64,000 bases of DNA from Candidatus Omnitrophota bacterium (GTDB lineage: Bacteria; Omnitrophota; Omnitrophia; Omnitrophales; Aquincolibacteriaceae). The translations under genes were made by a program, and so were the position numbers. The DNA is taken from contig JAUYMS010000040.1 of the NCBI GenBank assembly GCA_030698625.1, forward strand, positions 21,499-85,498, read 5' to 3'. Below are positions 47,343-57,862 of this stretch, in pieces. The notes under the pieces are model-generated. The model was not told the DNA's origin, did not search any database, and saw nothing but the letters and a program-made list of their open reading frames with translations. The number at the start of each line of letters is the position of its first letter. Positions within the stretch are counted from its first letter, which is position 1.

Positions 47343-49261
47343 AATTTGATGCAAAGAAACTTAAAGTAAATCCTCAGCAGGTCTACGAGCATATGCAAAA
47401 GGAAAGCGTCCCGTGTAATATCTGCGGGGCTGAGAACCTCATCGATGTCCTCGATCGCGACCGATACGGGATGGGCATTAAAACAGTAATTTGCGAATCC
47501 TGTGGTTTTCTCTTCACGAGCCCGCGGCCGGTTCCCGCCGCGATGAGCGAATTCTACCGAACGACTTACCGGAAATTTTATACGGGAACGAAGAACCCCA
47601 AAAAGGAGTACGAGGATAAGCTCCATGTGCAAAAGAGGGAATGGCTGTACGAGCGCGTTAAGGGGCATATCGAGAAGCGCGGAAAGAAAAACCCGAAAAT
47701 CCTTGATGTCGGATGCGGTGCAGGTGCACTGCTTAACGTCTTCCGCAGAAATCTTCCCGACAGTGAACTCCATGGTGTGGAACCGACCCCTGAGTTTGCG
47801 CGTTATGCCCAGGAAAGGAATGGCGCCACGGTCTATAATGGAGGTGTCGCCGAGTTCTTCCATGAGCACCGGGGACTGCAAGGCTCGTTCGATGTCATTA
47901 CGCTTTATCACGTCCTTGAGCATCTTTATAACCCTGCGGATTTTCTCATCACCCTCAGAGATTTTCTTGTGCCCGGAGGCCTTTTGCTCATCCAGGTCCC
48001 GAATGCACTTTCTCCCCACTGGCAGAACGCCATTCAAATGTTCCACATCGCTCATATCAGCCACTTTAGCCTCTCGACACTCCGGCATGCCTACCAAGTA
48101 GCCGGTTTTCGCGTCCTTTACGAATTCGATGGGCCGCATCCCGGCAATCCGCGCGCGTTAACCCTTTTGGGCGAAAAGACGGACTCGCTATTACCGAAAG
48201 CAGACATCCCGCGGTTGACTGCGGACCGGGTTCAATCAATCACCAAATCAATTCGGGAAAGCGCCGCACCTCTCGAAGGTGTCAGTTTTGCCCGCCAATT
48301 TCTTCTCACTTATAAACGAAAGGGCGTCACGGAGGCTTTACGCGGACTCGCAGGTTACGCCAAACACAAAGTGCGGAAGTTCGCCATGAAGATGGAAGAA
48401 CTTTTTGGAAATTTCAAGCACCGCGGCATCAAGTACGGATTCGAAAAGCTTTGTTTCTATTTCGCGCAAAACGCCCTAAAAATCGCAAGGCTCGCGAAAA
48501 AGGCAGTCGTGTTCACCTACGGTTCGGCTCGAATTTCTGCAGCTTGGTCTTTACACCATCTTACCAATGACGCTCCGCTCCGAAAACTCATCCGGGGTAG
48601 GCGTGTCCTCATCCTTGGTTCAGGCCCGTCAGCGAAAGAGCTCGGCGATATCCCTGATGACGTGCTTATTTTTACCTGCAACGCAGGATTGCGCCTCTTG
48701 CGCGAGCGCGGCATAGACCGTCCGGTAGATCTCTACCTATGCCGCAAGAAGGCCATGACCGCCGATTATCCGGATATTGAGGGCCTCCTTGCCGAACAGA
48801 AAGCGAACGTCTACGTCATGGACGATGCCCGTTATGTCAAAACCAAAAAATCCTTAAAAGGGGCTTATGAGATCTTACTCCCGGACCATCAGAAAGATAA
48901 TTTTTACCTCAATAAACTCATGAAGCCGGATTCGATGCGCTTTATCCGCGAAGATGAGGTAACCTGGACCTCGGCAGGCATAAGGCTGCTCCAGTATGCC
49001 CTCTACTTCAAAGCAAGCGGCATCTTCATGATTGGGATCGACCTCAGCAACAATGGGTATTTCTGGGGCCCTGACTATGCCCACAGATTACCGACTGAGA
49101 AGAAAGGGCATAAGCACTCCATCGATTTCAATTTTCTGCGCTTCATGGCAAGGCGACATCCCAATCTATACTCGCTGTCGCCCTCGAGCCCTGTCTCGAG
49201 CCATCTCCCGTGCAGAAACTTCGATATGACAAGCCCGACCCTGGCAGGCTCGATTCTATGA
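47339..49261 (+). CDS. Zn-ribbon class I methyltransferase fused to DUF115/Maf-like domain (paralog of 23669-25483)
   Basis: CNICG..CESCG, LDVGCGAG, YHVLEH; VLILGSGPS, TCN, IGIDL. Confidence 0.82.
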   Translation: MKFDAKKLKVNPQQVYEHMQKESVPCNICGAENLIDVLDRDRYGMGIKTVICESCGFLFTSPRPVPAAMSEFYRTTYRKFYTGTKNPKKEYEDKLHVQKREWLYERVKGHIEKRGKKNPKILDVGCGAGALLNVFRRNLPDSELHGVEPTPEFARYAQERNGATVYNGGVAEFFHEHRGLQGSFDVITLYHVLEHLYNPADFLITLRDFLVPGGLLLIQVPNALSPHWQNAIQMFHIAHISHFSLSTLRHAYQVAGFRVLYEFDGPHPGNPRALTLLGEKTDSLLPKADIPRLTADRVQSITKSIRESAAPLEGVSFARQFLLTYKRKGVTEALRGLAGYAKHKVRKFAMKMEELFGNFKHRGIKYGFEKLCFYFAQNALKIARLAKKAVVFTYGSARISAAWSLHHLTNDAPLRKLIRGRRVLILGSGPSAKELGDIPDDVLIFTCNAGLRLLRERGIDRPVDLYLCRKKAMTADYPDIEGLLAEQKANVYVMDDARYVKTKKSLKGAYEILLPDHQKDNFYLNKLMKPDSMRFIREDEVTWTSAGIRLLQYALYFKASGIFMIGIDLSNNGYFWGPDYAHRLPTEKKGHKHSIDFNFLRFMARRHPNLYSLSPSSPVSSHLPCRNFDMTSPTLAGSIL

Positions 49262-50763
49262 AATTTGTCACCCTCGTAACGCAGGATTATCTCCCAGGGT
49301 TCTATGCGTTAATGCAAAGCATCGCAGACCACGGCGGGCTCGAGCCCTCGGCTAAATTCCTGGTGCTTTACGCCGACGGGCAAGTTCTTCGGCACGCCCC
49401 GCAAATTCGCAAGTTTGGTTTTCAGTTTGAATTTCTGGATATCCACACCCTGGGAAAGGCCCACGCACCGCTTGCCGAACGGGGAAGAAATAAATTCCAA
49501 ATCGCCCTTCAGAAGCTTCTGATTTTTAAGATCCCGTCCGAGGAGAAGCTGTGTTTCATTGATTCCGATATGCTATGCCTCAACTCGCTCGATGGCGTCT
49601 ACGCGATGGAGCACTTTTCCATTGCTCCCGACAAACCCAAAAAGTATCTCCGTGATCGACTGCCCGTTCTAAACACCGGATTCATGGTCTTTAGCCCCTC
49701 GTCGGCCCTTTATGATGAAATCACGGAGTACATCAATCAATCATCGGAGACTTTTGATTGGGGCGATAACGGGGTCTTAAACCACTTCTTCTACGACCGG
49801 AGACCTGAGGAGATACACCTAGTCGATCGCAATTGGAACATGCGTAAAAAGGCAATGATCCATCAGCCTAAAAGCTTCGATCTTAAAAAGATTCGGCTGC
49901 TCCATTTTGTCGGCAACAACCCCTGGACTCACTTCGCCGGATTTCTGGCTGTTATGGCCTATGAGCGCGACTATCTCTCGCTCAATATACTCTGGTGGAA
50001 CTACTATCTTCGGTCTCAACTTGCGGCAGGCTTTCTGCCCGCATCCAAAGCGCTTATCGCCAGCATCCCTGCCGGCTTTATTGGGGCGGCAGTTAGCTTT
50101 CTCGATTTTTTTAAATTCGCGGCGGGAAACCGTATCAGCTCTTGGCTTGAGGCGAATCTAAAGAGTCTCTGGGCCAATACTGTCAAATATGCCCGGATTA
50201 AGTATACTCGCAAGATTCCCGCCAGGCAGGATTTTCCGCTGCTTTTGAGATCACTCAAGGCACAGGGGAAGGGCGTAGAGATCGGTGTGGCTCAGGGACG
50301 TTTTTCAGAATTCCTCCTAAAAAGCGGTGAGATTTCCCATCTCGTGTGCATCGACCCATGGAAGGAACAATCCCCGGACGTCTATCAGGATGTGAATCAC
50401 GTCTCAGATGAGGAATATGAACGCCGCTACTGGAATGTCTCGCAGCGCCTAAAGAAGTACGGAGAGAAAAGCCGGGTCATGCGCATGACATCTGAAGAGG
50501 CCGCGCCTCATTTTGACCGCGAAACCCTCGACTTTGCCTATATCGATGCCAATCACTCGTATGAGGCGGTCAAGCAGGACCTAGAGCTGTGGTGGGACAA
50601 GGTCAAGCCCGGAGGAATTTTCGCCGGTCATGATTACCTGAACGGAAAGTTGCCTGAAGGAAATTTCGGGGTCAGAAGAGCGGTCGACGAATTCGTAGAA
50701 GACCGCAACCTTCAATTGCACGTGACTCGCGAGCGCTGGCCCACGTGGTACGTGATTAAATGA
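49258..50763 (+). CDS. GT8 (glycogenin-like) glycosyltransferase fused to Methyltransf_24 domain
   Basis: FVTLVT, KLLIF, FIDSDML, LNTGFMV, LHFVG..PW; C-terminal VEIGVAQG, IDPW, YIDANH, AGHDY. Confidence 0.85.
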   Translation: MKFVTLVTQDYLPGFYALMQSIADHGGLEPSAKFLVLYADGQVLRHAPQIRKFGFQFEFLDIHTLGKAHAPLAERGRNKFQIALQKLLIFKIPSEEKLCFIDSDMLCLNSLDGVYAMEHFSIAPDKPKKYLRDRLPVLNTGFMVFSPSSALYDEITEYINQSSETFDWGDNGVLNHFFYDRRPEEIHLVDRNWNMRKKAMIHQPKSFDLKKIRLLHFVGNNPWTHFAGFLAVMAYERDYLSLNILWWNYYLRSQLAAGFLPASKALIASIPAGFIGAAVSFLDFFKFAAGNRISSWLEANLKSLWANTVKYARIKYTRKIPARQDFPLLLRSLKAQGKGVEIGVAQGRFSEFLLKSGEISHLVCIDPWKEQSPDVYQDVNHVSDEEYERRYWNVSQRLKKYGEKSRVMRMTSEEAAPHFDRETLDFAYIDANHSYEAVKQDLELWWDKVKPGGIFAGHDYLNGKLPEGNFGVRRAVDEFVEDRNLQLHVTRERWPTWYVIK

Positions 50764-51617
50764 ACCAGGCCACCATCGAAGAAGTGGCATCCTTCTGGAA
50801 CCGTCGTCCGTGCAATGTCCGCCATTCGCCAAAGCCGCGGGGAACTCGCGAATATTTTGAGGAGGTCGAGGCGCGGAAATACTTCGTCGAACCGCATATC
50901 CCTCGTTTTGCAAAATTTGACGAATGGAAGGGTAAAACGGTACTCGAGATCGGCTGCGGCCTGGGGACTGACACCGTCCATTTTGCCAGAGCCGGAGCCA
51001 GGGTGACGGCAGTGGATATTTCCGATCAATCCCTGGAACTCGCTAGGAAGCATGTAGACGTCTTCGGGCTTTCTGATCGCGTGTCTTTTTATCACGCGGA
51101 TGCCGAGAAACTCACGGATGTAATTTCGCCCCAACCTTTTGATTTGGTCTACTCCTTCGGCGTCATTCATCACACGCCCAATCCCGAACGGGTGATTCAG
51201 CAAATCAGAGAAAATTACGTAGAACCGGCGAGCGTGCTGAAGCTGATGGTGTATTACCGCTATGCCTACAAGGTTATTATGATTCTATTGAAGGAGGGCA
51301 GAGGGGCCTTCTGGCGACTGGACGAGCTCGTGGCCCGTCATTCTGAAGCCCAGACTGGCAGCCCCGTCACTTATCTCTATTCACGCCGCCAAATGCGACA
51401 CCTCTTAGAGGGCTTTCGAATCGAAGAAATGGGGGTGGAACACATTTTCCCTTACCGTGTCGCCGAGTATAAGAATTACCGCTACGTCAAATCCTGGCCC
51501 TTTAACTTTCTGTCGAGCGGCGTCACTCGCTGGATCGAGAGTGTTCTGGGTTGGCACCTTTGCGTAACTGCCCGGCCTTGCGCTTCAAACGACTCCAGAG
51601 CGTCAGCTTCTTTTTAG
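50760..51617 (+). CDS. Class I SAM methyltransferase
   Basis: VLEIGCGLG, VDIS, ADAE, SFGVIHHTP. Confidence 0.9.
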   Translation: MNQATIEEVASFWNRRPCNVRHSPKPRGTREYFEEVEARKYFVEPHIPRFAKFDEWKGKTVLEIGCGLGTDTVHFARAGARVTAVDISDQSLELARKHVDVFGLSDRVSFYHADAEKLTDVISPQPFDLVYSFGVIHHTPNPERVIQQIRENYVEPASVLKLMVYYRYAYKVIMILLKEGRGAFWRLDELVARHSEAQTGSPVTYLYSRRQMRHLLEGFRIEEMGVEHIFPYRVAEYKNYRYVKSWPFNFLSSGVTRWIESVLGWHLCVTARPCASNDSRASASF

Positions 51618-52572
51618 CCGGCGCATCCTTCGTTTTATTTACCCGAAGTACAAACTTCTTCTTCACGACGTCATAGATCGCTTCAAATTCGTTCGCGGTC
51701 AAGAAAGGGAAGGGTCTTTCTCCTGATAGCCGCACGTTTTTTCTTGCCGCAAACGTCATGGCGTGACGCTTTCCCGGCGCGTAAGTGTCTGTAAATTCAT
51801 CCAAAACCTCAAAGCCAGCCTGCGTCAGAGCCCGCCGTAAGGTGCTAGGAATAAACTGGCTCACGTGGTCTATGTGCACTTTCTTTATGGGAGCGTCACA
51901 ATCGCGATGAAGAATATTCGGAACTTCGACAACAAGCAGACCTCCATCGGTCAAAAATTCACCGATTTCGCGCAGTTTTTGGACCGGATTATACATGTGT
52001 TCCAGGACGTGTACCAACGTGACAACATCCATCCGCCTATTGAGTGGCGTCTTGTAATGATTTAGTGCATGACATTGACCGCTAAAAATTTTGGCCCTGG
52101 TGTTTTCCCGTGCATAAGCCGCAAACGAATCCGTAGGCTCGATACCATACAGCTCCGCGGCAGGGAGCGATTGTCCAAGTAGATTGAGGAGAATTCCGGA
52201 AGCACAGCCGACATCCAGAATACGTATGTCTTCTGCCTGTCTGCCCCTGAGGTGCCGCAACGTAAAGTCACATATCCACTTTGCGCGCTTGTACACGCGA
52301 GAATCGGGGTTATAGTCCTTTGCCGGATCGCTAGCGCCTGTATAGAAGCCGCGATATGTTGTGCGGTAAAATGCGAGCATTTCCTTTTCAGTGGGGCGGG
52401 GATTGGTAAATATGAATCCGCATCTGCCGCAGATCACCGTTCTCAGAGGCATCCCGTTCTTGTCTAGATCAAGAATTTCTACCTGCTGGCGCGAGTCGCA
52501 GAGACTACAAGGAACGTCTTCCTTTTGCATTTGTTCATACAAACTTCGATGTTCTTCGCGCGTAAGCTTCAT
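51523..52572 (-). CDS. Zn-ribbon class I SAM methyltransferase
   Basis: CSLC..CGRCG, LDVGCASG, HVLEH, EVPN; homolog of N-terminal domains of 23669 and 47339. Confidence 0.88.
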   Translation of the reverse strand: MKLTREEHRSLYEQMQKEDVPCSLCDSRQQVEILDLDKNGMPLRTVICGRCGFIFTNPRPTEKEMLAFYRTTYRGFYTGASDPAKDYNPDSRVYKRAKWICDFTLRHLRGRQAEDIRILDVGCASGILLNLLGQSLPAAELYGIEPTDSFAAYARENTRAKIFSGQCHALNHYKTPLNRRMDVVTLVHVLEHMYNPVQKLREIGEFLTDGGLLVVEVPNILHRDCDAPIKKVHIDHVSQFIPSTLRRALTQAGFEVLDEFTDTYAPGKRHAMTFAARKNVRLSGERPFPFLTANEFEAIYDVVKKKFVLRVNKTKDAPAKKKLTLWSRLKRKAGQLRKGANPEHSRSSE

Positions 52573-53642
52573 ATAGCAAGCAGCCTTTGCAATCCCGACT
52601 TGATGGCGGGCCGGTCATCTAGCAGAGCCGTATGTGCCCTTCCATGGTAAAAGTCGCGAACTCGGATTGCGATATCATGAATAGGCACAAGCTCAATGTT
52701 TCCCTTAGACTGCAGATTGTGGAGGAAGGCGCGGTGTTTTTCATGAACAAAATGTTCCTCATCAAAAACAATGACATGCGCGCCTGACGAAGCTGCTTCT
52801 GAGACCATGTTGACGCTCTCCGGTGAAACAATCACAATGTCTGATAGACCGAGGATGCCGGCAACTGCGCCAGGGGGATTATACTCTTCCGGAATGACCA
52901 AAAGGCGACAGCGCGGATAGGGCCGCAATTCACTTTTCAGTAAGTCGATAACCGTTGTCGGGGTACGCCGTGAGGCTGTAACCATCATTTCAGCATCCAA
53001 ATTCTCGCACGCTTCCTTGACCTCCGACAAGACTCGAGCGATCATCTCTTCGCTCATGCGGAAGTGCTTATAATCTCCGCCAAGAAGTAAAGCAACTTTG
53101 AAAAGCCGCATCGGGCCAATTTCACGCGCGAGTTGAGCTGCTGATTCTAAAACCCTCTGAGGACTCATGAAATTAATAGAGCCTTCCGTACGAATAACAT
53201 TCGGCAGGTCTTCGACACGGTCGTGGCGGGGGATAATGGCAAGGTCAAATTTACTCAGACCTCGGCGCGGCGTCATCACGACGACAGATTTGGCCCCCAG
53301 GCGGCTCGCCAGCCAACGATTTACATCTGCTGTTCGCTTCCCAAACGCCGAGATAATGATATCTGCAGTCAGTCCGGAAAGTTCGGCATAATCTCGGTCT
53401 GAAACCTGATAGCGAATACATCGGTTGCAGCCGTTACAACGTTTTGCCTGCGGGTGTAGTGCGTAATAAAGGATCTTTGCCGCGAGGGATCGTTTGAACT
53501 TAACGTCTACTTTGTAATCGGTTTGCAGGATGGAGGCGGGTGGATGGCCGGATTCCACGCATGAGTCCTTGAGCATCTGAGCTACGGCTTCGCATTGACG
53601 CGCATGCCCCATGACTCCGTCACCTAAGACAAGAATCTTCAC
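52569..53642 (-). CDS. ELM1/GtrOC1-family putative glycosyltransferase
   Basis: LGDGVMGHARQ, FDLAIIPRHD, LLGG, TASRRTP, ESVNMVSEAASSG. Confidence 0.85.
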   Translation of the reverse strand: MKILVLGDGVMGHARQCEAVAQMLKDSCVESGHPPASILQTDYKVDVKFKRSLAAKILYYALHPQAKRCNGCNRCIRYQVSDRDYAELSGLTADIIISAFGKRTADVNRWLASRLGAKSVVVMTPRRGLSKFDLAIIPRHDRVEDLPNVIRTEGSINFMSPQRVLESAAQLAREIGPMRLFKVALLLGGDYKHFRMSEEMIARVLSEVKEACENLDAEMMVTASRRTPTTVIDLLKSELRPYPRCRLLVIPEEYNPPGAVAGILGLSDIVIVSPESVNMVSEAASSGAHVIVFDEEHFVHEKHRAFLHNLQSKGNIELVPIHDIAIRVRDFYHGRAHTALLDDRPAIKSGLQRLLAI

Positions 53643-55585
53643 GCTTTCAAAACACCCTCTTCCTCTTGCGTTTCAACAGCGGTATTACGCTGTCCGTCGA
53701 GCACCTTTTGCGCATCCCAGTACTCGTAGAATGCCCCCTTTTTAGCCAGCAACTTAGTCCACGTCCCTTCCTCGACTACGCAGCCGTCTTCGAGTACGAT
53801 AATCTTGTCGGCACTTGCAACTGTAGACAGGCGGTGCGCTATGACCACACAGGTCTCGTGCTCAGTAAGCTTGTCGATGTCCTGTTGGATCTTCCGCTCG
53901 GTTTTTGTGTCGAGCGCGCTCGTTGCTTCGTCCAGGATCACTAAATCCGCCTTTTTAAGGAAGACGCGCGCTATGGCAATACGCTGTTTCTCACCGCCTG
54001 AAAACTTGGCGCCTTTCTCCCCGACAAGAGTATCCACTCCCTGCGGAAGCCTCTTGGCAAATTCACTGAGTTGGGCATATTCGAGCGCTAGGTTCAACTC
54101 TGCATCCGAAATCTCATGGCGCAGGCCGTACGTTACATTTTCCCTGAGAGTGCCCTGAATGATCATCGGCTCCTGTGTGACAATTGCGATATGTTCGGCC
54201 AGCGAGCGCAGACTGAAGTCGCGTATGTCGACACCGTCCATAAATATAGAGCCCGGTGGGCAGTCATAGAAACGCGCAAGCAGGTGAGCAATAGTCGTTT
54301 TGCCCGCGCCGGTTTTACCCACAATCGCCGTCATTTTCCCTTTTTCAACCACCAAATTTACATTGTGCAGGACCGGACGACCTTTATCGTATCCAAATTG
54401 CAAATTCCGGAACTCGATCGATTTCTGCAGCCCTTCAAAGTTCCGATCGCCGGCTTGTACAAAATATTTGCCTTCATCACTGAGCATCGCCGTTATCCTC
54501 TCCAGACGGCCCGCGCTGCGAGCAATGGAGAGGTTGAGTGTCGCGAATAATGCGAAATTGGGCATTGCGCGCTTAATCAAATAAAAAAGCATCAGGTATT
54601 TCGTGACTTGCGCGGGCCCGTAATTCGGCGCCATCGCAGCCATGACGAAGGCCATTATCAGAAGAAAAGCGATCGTGCTAATGTCCTGAATCGGGCTGAG
54701 CAACAGTTGAAGTTTTTGCGCCTCAAAAGCATCTCTGAGCTCCGTCTCATTTAGTCTCGTAACCTCATCCCGCTCCATGTCTTCTGCCGCATAGGACTTA
54801 ACCAAGGCGATACAACTGACGGCATTATGCAATCGCTGCATAAGATCCAAACGGGAATTCTCGAACCTGATAGAGGCTTCGCGAATCTTACTCGACAAAA
54901 TGTCGGTGATGTAATGGCGCAGGGGGAAAAGCACCAGAGCAACGAGCGTGAGCTGCCATGACAACCAGAACATGATCGCGAGATACACCAAAAGCGAAAG
55001 AGCCTGCGTCAAAAGCTTTACAATCGGCTGCAATTGACCCGTGATCGCCTCAGCCCCCGCGATCACCGTTTGATTAACTTCAACTACCCGGAAACCATCG
55101 AAGTATTGTTTTCCGAAACCGAAAACGCGTTCGACCACCATATGACGCATACGCCCGTTGGCACGCCTCATCTGTTGGCCGATACTCAACGATGAAAAGT
55201 AAGTCATAGCATTCTTGATGACTGTGGCTAAGACAATCATTCCGAGCAGGAGAATAAAATAAGATGTGTTCGATTCAAAAACACCGGGAAACTTGGCTGT
55301 CAGAAATTTTGAGACACCGAGGCGGTCTCCAACCTTAGTGAAGTCTCCCTCGATCAAACCGCGACAAAGCGGGAACAAAAGCGCTATGCCGACCATATTG
55401 AAAAAAACCGAAAACGAAGAGCAGGCAATAGCGAGGAAAAAGTAGCCTGGGATTATCTGCATTTTTTTGAAGAATAAAACAATTAGCTTGAAATGGTCGA
55501 GAAGCCCGGGCGCCTTTATGGACTTGGCCTTATCGATTATTACGCGCGTTTTCAGGTGCGTTAACTCGTGATCGTTAAGTCGCAT
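53639..55585 (-). CDS. ABC exporter, fused permease/ATPase (MsbA/PglK/HepA-like)
   Basis: N-terminal TM helices, GKTGAGKTT, FSGGEKQR, ILDEATSALD, IAHRLST. Confidence 0.93.
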   Translation of the reverse strand: MRLNDHELTHLKTRVIIDKAKSIKAPGLLDHFKLIVLFFKKMQIIPGYFFLAIACSSFSVFFNMVGIALLFPLCRGLIEGDFTKVGDRLGVSKFLTAKFPGVFESNTSYFILLLGMIVLATVIKNAMTYFSSLSIGQQMRRANGRMRHMVVERVFGFGKQYFDGFRVVEVNQTVIAGAEAITGQLQPIVKLLTQALSLLVYLAIMFWLSWQLTLVALVLFPLRHYITDILSSKIREASIRFENSRLDLMQRLHNAVSCIALVKSYAAEDMERDEVTRLNETELRDAFEAQKLQLLLSPIQDISTIAFLLIMAFVMAAMAPNYGPAQVTKYLMLFYLIKRAMPNFALFATLNLSIARSAGRLERITAMLSDEGKYFVQAGDRNFEGLQKSIEFRNLQFGYDKGRPVLHNVNLVVEKGKMTAIVGKTGAGKTTIAHLLARFYDCPPGSIFMDGVDIRDFSLRSLAEHIAIVTQEPMIIQGTLRENVTYGLRHEISDAELNLALEYAQLSEFAKRLPQGVDTLVGEKGAKFSGGEKQRIAIARVFLKKADLVILDEATSALDTKTERKIQQDIDKLTEHETCVVIAHRLSTVASADKIIVLEDGCVVEEGTWTKLLAKKGAFYEYWDAQKVLDGQRNTAVETQEEEGVLKA

Positions 55586-56687
55586 AAGCTTTCTCCTGCA
55601 TCGCGCATTTTTCTTTAATCACATGCAGGATTCGAGAGAGAACAGGCTCCGGCATTAGGACAGCGCGCACGAAATCCTGAGACTTTCGGATCAGGGCCCG
55701 TCTTTGAATCTCGATCCGTGTGCCACGAACAAACAAGAACCAGTCATCCGCCCTCTTCAGCATAGTAAGAGGTGAATAATTGTCCAGAATGAGCTTCTCA
55801 GCAAACAACGCCACAGGAAGCCCCGCCCGTGCCGCGTCCAACGCGACCGTCGATGGCGTTGTTATGACGGCGTCCGATATTGCCAGAAGACCGGTGGCCG
55901 TAAACGGCTCCCACTGTTTGCGTTTCGGATGGGCAATCACCAGATTCTTTAGACCTCTCAATTCATCATGCGGTTGCCGAACAATCCAGCACTCGTCATG
56001 ATGCGGCTTCACAATAATAGTGGTGTCCGTAAACTTCATTGCCATGCTGCGCAAATGGCACAAAAAAAGGCTGCGCTGTTCAGCATCGAACCGGGTCCAG
56101 TGCAGGTTTTCAAAAACAGAGACAACGTACGGACGATCCGCGGGGTTCTCAAACTTAGGCGGCGAAACCATAATATCCTTCGGACAGCCGACAGGGATGC
56201 AGCGTGCCTTCACGCCGGCTTTCACACTGGGGTGAAGGCGTTCCAAACTCCCCCAAGTAAGAATATGTTGGGAAGCAAAATCGGTTGTTTCCGCGGGGAA
56301 ATCATTATCAAAATAGGTCAGGCCGATATTTTCGTAACCATGTTGCAGCGTGAAAGTGGCGATTCCGGACTGGTTCGCTCGGGCGACCAGACGATGCGGA
56401 GCCAGATGGGCACTTGCCGTCGACTCACAAGCAACTACCAAGGCCATAACATTGTCAAGGGGCGGGGCAAAGCCAACGAGAATGTCGCGGCGAGGGACTT
56501 TAGTAAGCGGAAGGTCTAGCGCTTTAAGGCTCTTTCCAACCCGAGGAGAATGCTGGAGCAGGCGGTCTGTGACGCAGACTACGGGGGAAAGGCTCTTCTC
56601 AAACCGGGTTTCACGGACCAGGGGAAGGAGCAAATCGAGGTCTTGCACTAGATCAAATAGATACAATATGTTACGCGAATGGTTCAC
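55575..56687 (-). CDS. Hypothetical GT-B fold protein
   Basis: TLQHG, VGCPK, VKPH, DAVITTPSTVALDAA pattern. Confidence 0.6.
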   Translation of the reverse strand: MNHSRNILYLFDLVQDLDLLLPLVRETRFEKSLSPVVCVTDRLLQHSPRVGKSLKALDLPLTKVPRRDILVGFAPPLDNVMALVVACESTASAHLAPHRLVARANQSGIATFTLQHGYENIGLTYFDNDFPAETTDFASQHILTWGSLERLHPSVKAGVKARCIPVGCPKDIMVSPPKFENPADRPYVVSVFENLHWTRFDAEQRSLFLCHLRSMAMKFTDTTIIVKPHHDECWIVRQPHDELRGLKNLVIAHPKRKQWEPFTATGLLAISDAVITTPSTVALDAARAGLPVALFAEKLILDNYSPLTMLKRADDWFLFVRGTRIEIQRRALIRKSQDFVRAVLMPEPVLSRILHVIKEKCAMQEKAYAT

Positions 56688-56739
56688 GGCGGTTATCGAA
56701 TCAAGCGCTCCTATTCAAGCTAGGAATTTATCATAAAGT

Positions 56740-56748
56740 TGGTATAAT
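56740..56748 (+). promoter_or_regulatory. Extended -10 element in divergent intergenic region
   Basis: TGGTATAAT (TGn-TATAAT) about 55 bp upstream of 56804. Confidence 0.45.
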
Positions 56749-56803
56749 ATCACGGAATTGGGCATTTCACAACTTGTGATAAATAAAGAGGATTCGCTAA
56801 AAT

Positions 56804-57853
56804 TTGATGTTTACGAGAGACCTTACCAGCCCCCCTATTAAGCTCAGCATCGTTCTGGTCCATTTCAAGACGGTCAGTCTCACGCTGACCTGCATTGAGT
56901 CCATCTACACACATGCCCCTGACTGTTCCTTTGAAATTATCGTCGTAGATAACGGTTCAAATGACGATATCGAGGCCGTTATTTCCGATCGTTATCCGGA
57001 AGTCCGGTTTATTGAGAGCGGAGACAACCTGGGATTTACCCGGGGAAATAATCTTGGGATTCATAATTCGCACGGGGAGTATGTCGTCCTACTCAACACG
57101 GATACGGAGCTGATTGATCGCAGTTTCGATGCCATGATCACTTACATGGAAAGCCACACTGAGGTGGGCATCTTGGGCCCGCGCCATGTTGACGGGCAGG
57201 GAAACTTCCAGCTGTCTTTCGGCCATTTCCCTACTTTTTTTTCTGAAATTGTGCGCAAGCTGGCTCATTATCGGCTTCAAATTAACGACCTCCGGATCCG
57301 CGATTACTTCGAAGAAAAATATTCCGGCTCCAGCGTACTCGATTGGGTATCGGGCTCCTGCTTGATGATCCGCCGTGATGTCCTGCACGATATCGGTCTG
57401 CTGGACGAACGTTATTTCATGTACTTTGAGGACATCGACCTTTGCACTCGAGCTCGCAGGCGCGGCTGGTACGTCCATTACTTTCCCCAAACAAGCATCG
57501 TGCATTACGGGGGCCAATCGGTAAAAAGAAATCTTTTGGCCGCCCTCATCGCTTATCGCCTGAGTCAAGCCTACTTCGCGAGGAAGTATTACGGATTTTT
57601 CGGACTATTGGCAGTTCGACTCCTCCTACTTGCGAAATATGGCGTGAATTTTGCCAAGTGGGCCGTCCAATGGCTCTTCACCCGCCTCATGCGCAAAGAC
57701 ACGCGCCGAATCTACACCATGCTACTTCTCGGCAAAAAGGTCATTACCCAGGTTGCACTCGGAAGTATTTCCAAACCTGCGCCCGAACCGGCACTTCATC
57801 GGCCTGAACGTTTATGCGAGCCCGCCGCGACACGCCCTGTCGCAGTTCGATAA
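56804..57853 (+). CDS. Glycosyltransferase family 2 (WbbL/RfbF-like)
   Basis: VVDNGS, NLGFTRGNN, LLNTDT, WVSGSC, DERYFMYFEDIDLC. Confidence 0.92.
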   Translation: MMFTRDLTSPPIKLSIVLVHFKTVSLTLTCIESIYTHAPDCSFEIIVVDNGSNDDIEAVISDRYPEVRFIESGDNLGFTRGNNLGIHNSHGEYVVLLNTDTELIDRSFDAMITYMESHTEVGILGPRHVDGQGNFQLSFGHFPTFFSEIVRKLAHYRLQINDLRIRDYFEEKYSGSSVLDWVSGSCLMIRRDVLHDIGLLDERYFMYFEDIDLCTRARRRGWYVHYFPQTSIVHYGGQSVKRNLLAALIAYRLSQAYFARKYYGFFGLLAVRLLLLAKYGVNFAKWAVQWLFTRLMRKDTRRIYTMLLLGKKVITQVALGSISKPAPEPALHRPERLCEPAATRPVAVR

Positions 57854-57862
57854 CCGGCGGCT

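Noticed and set aside
51523-51617. 95-bp convergent overlap between two methyltransferase genes as a regulatory feature
   Set aside because: Both overlapping tails look non-conserved; most simply a by-product of block juxtaposition without a terminator
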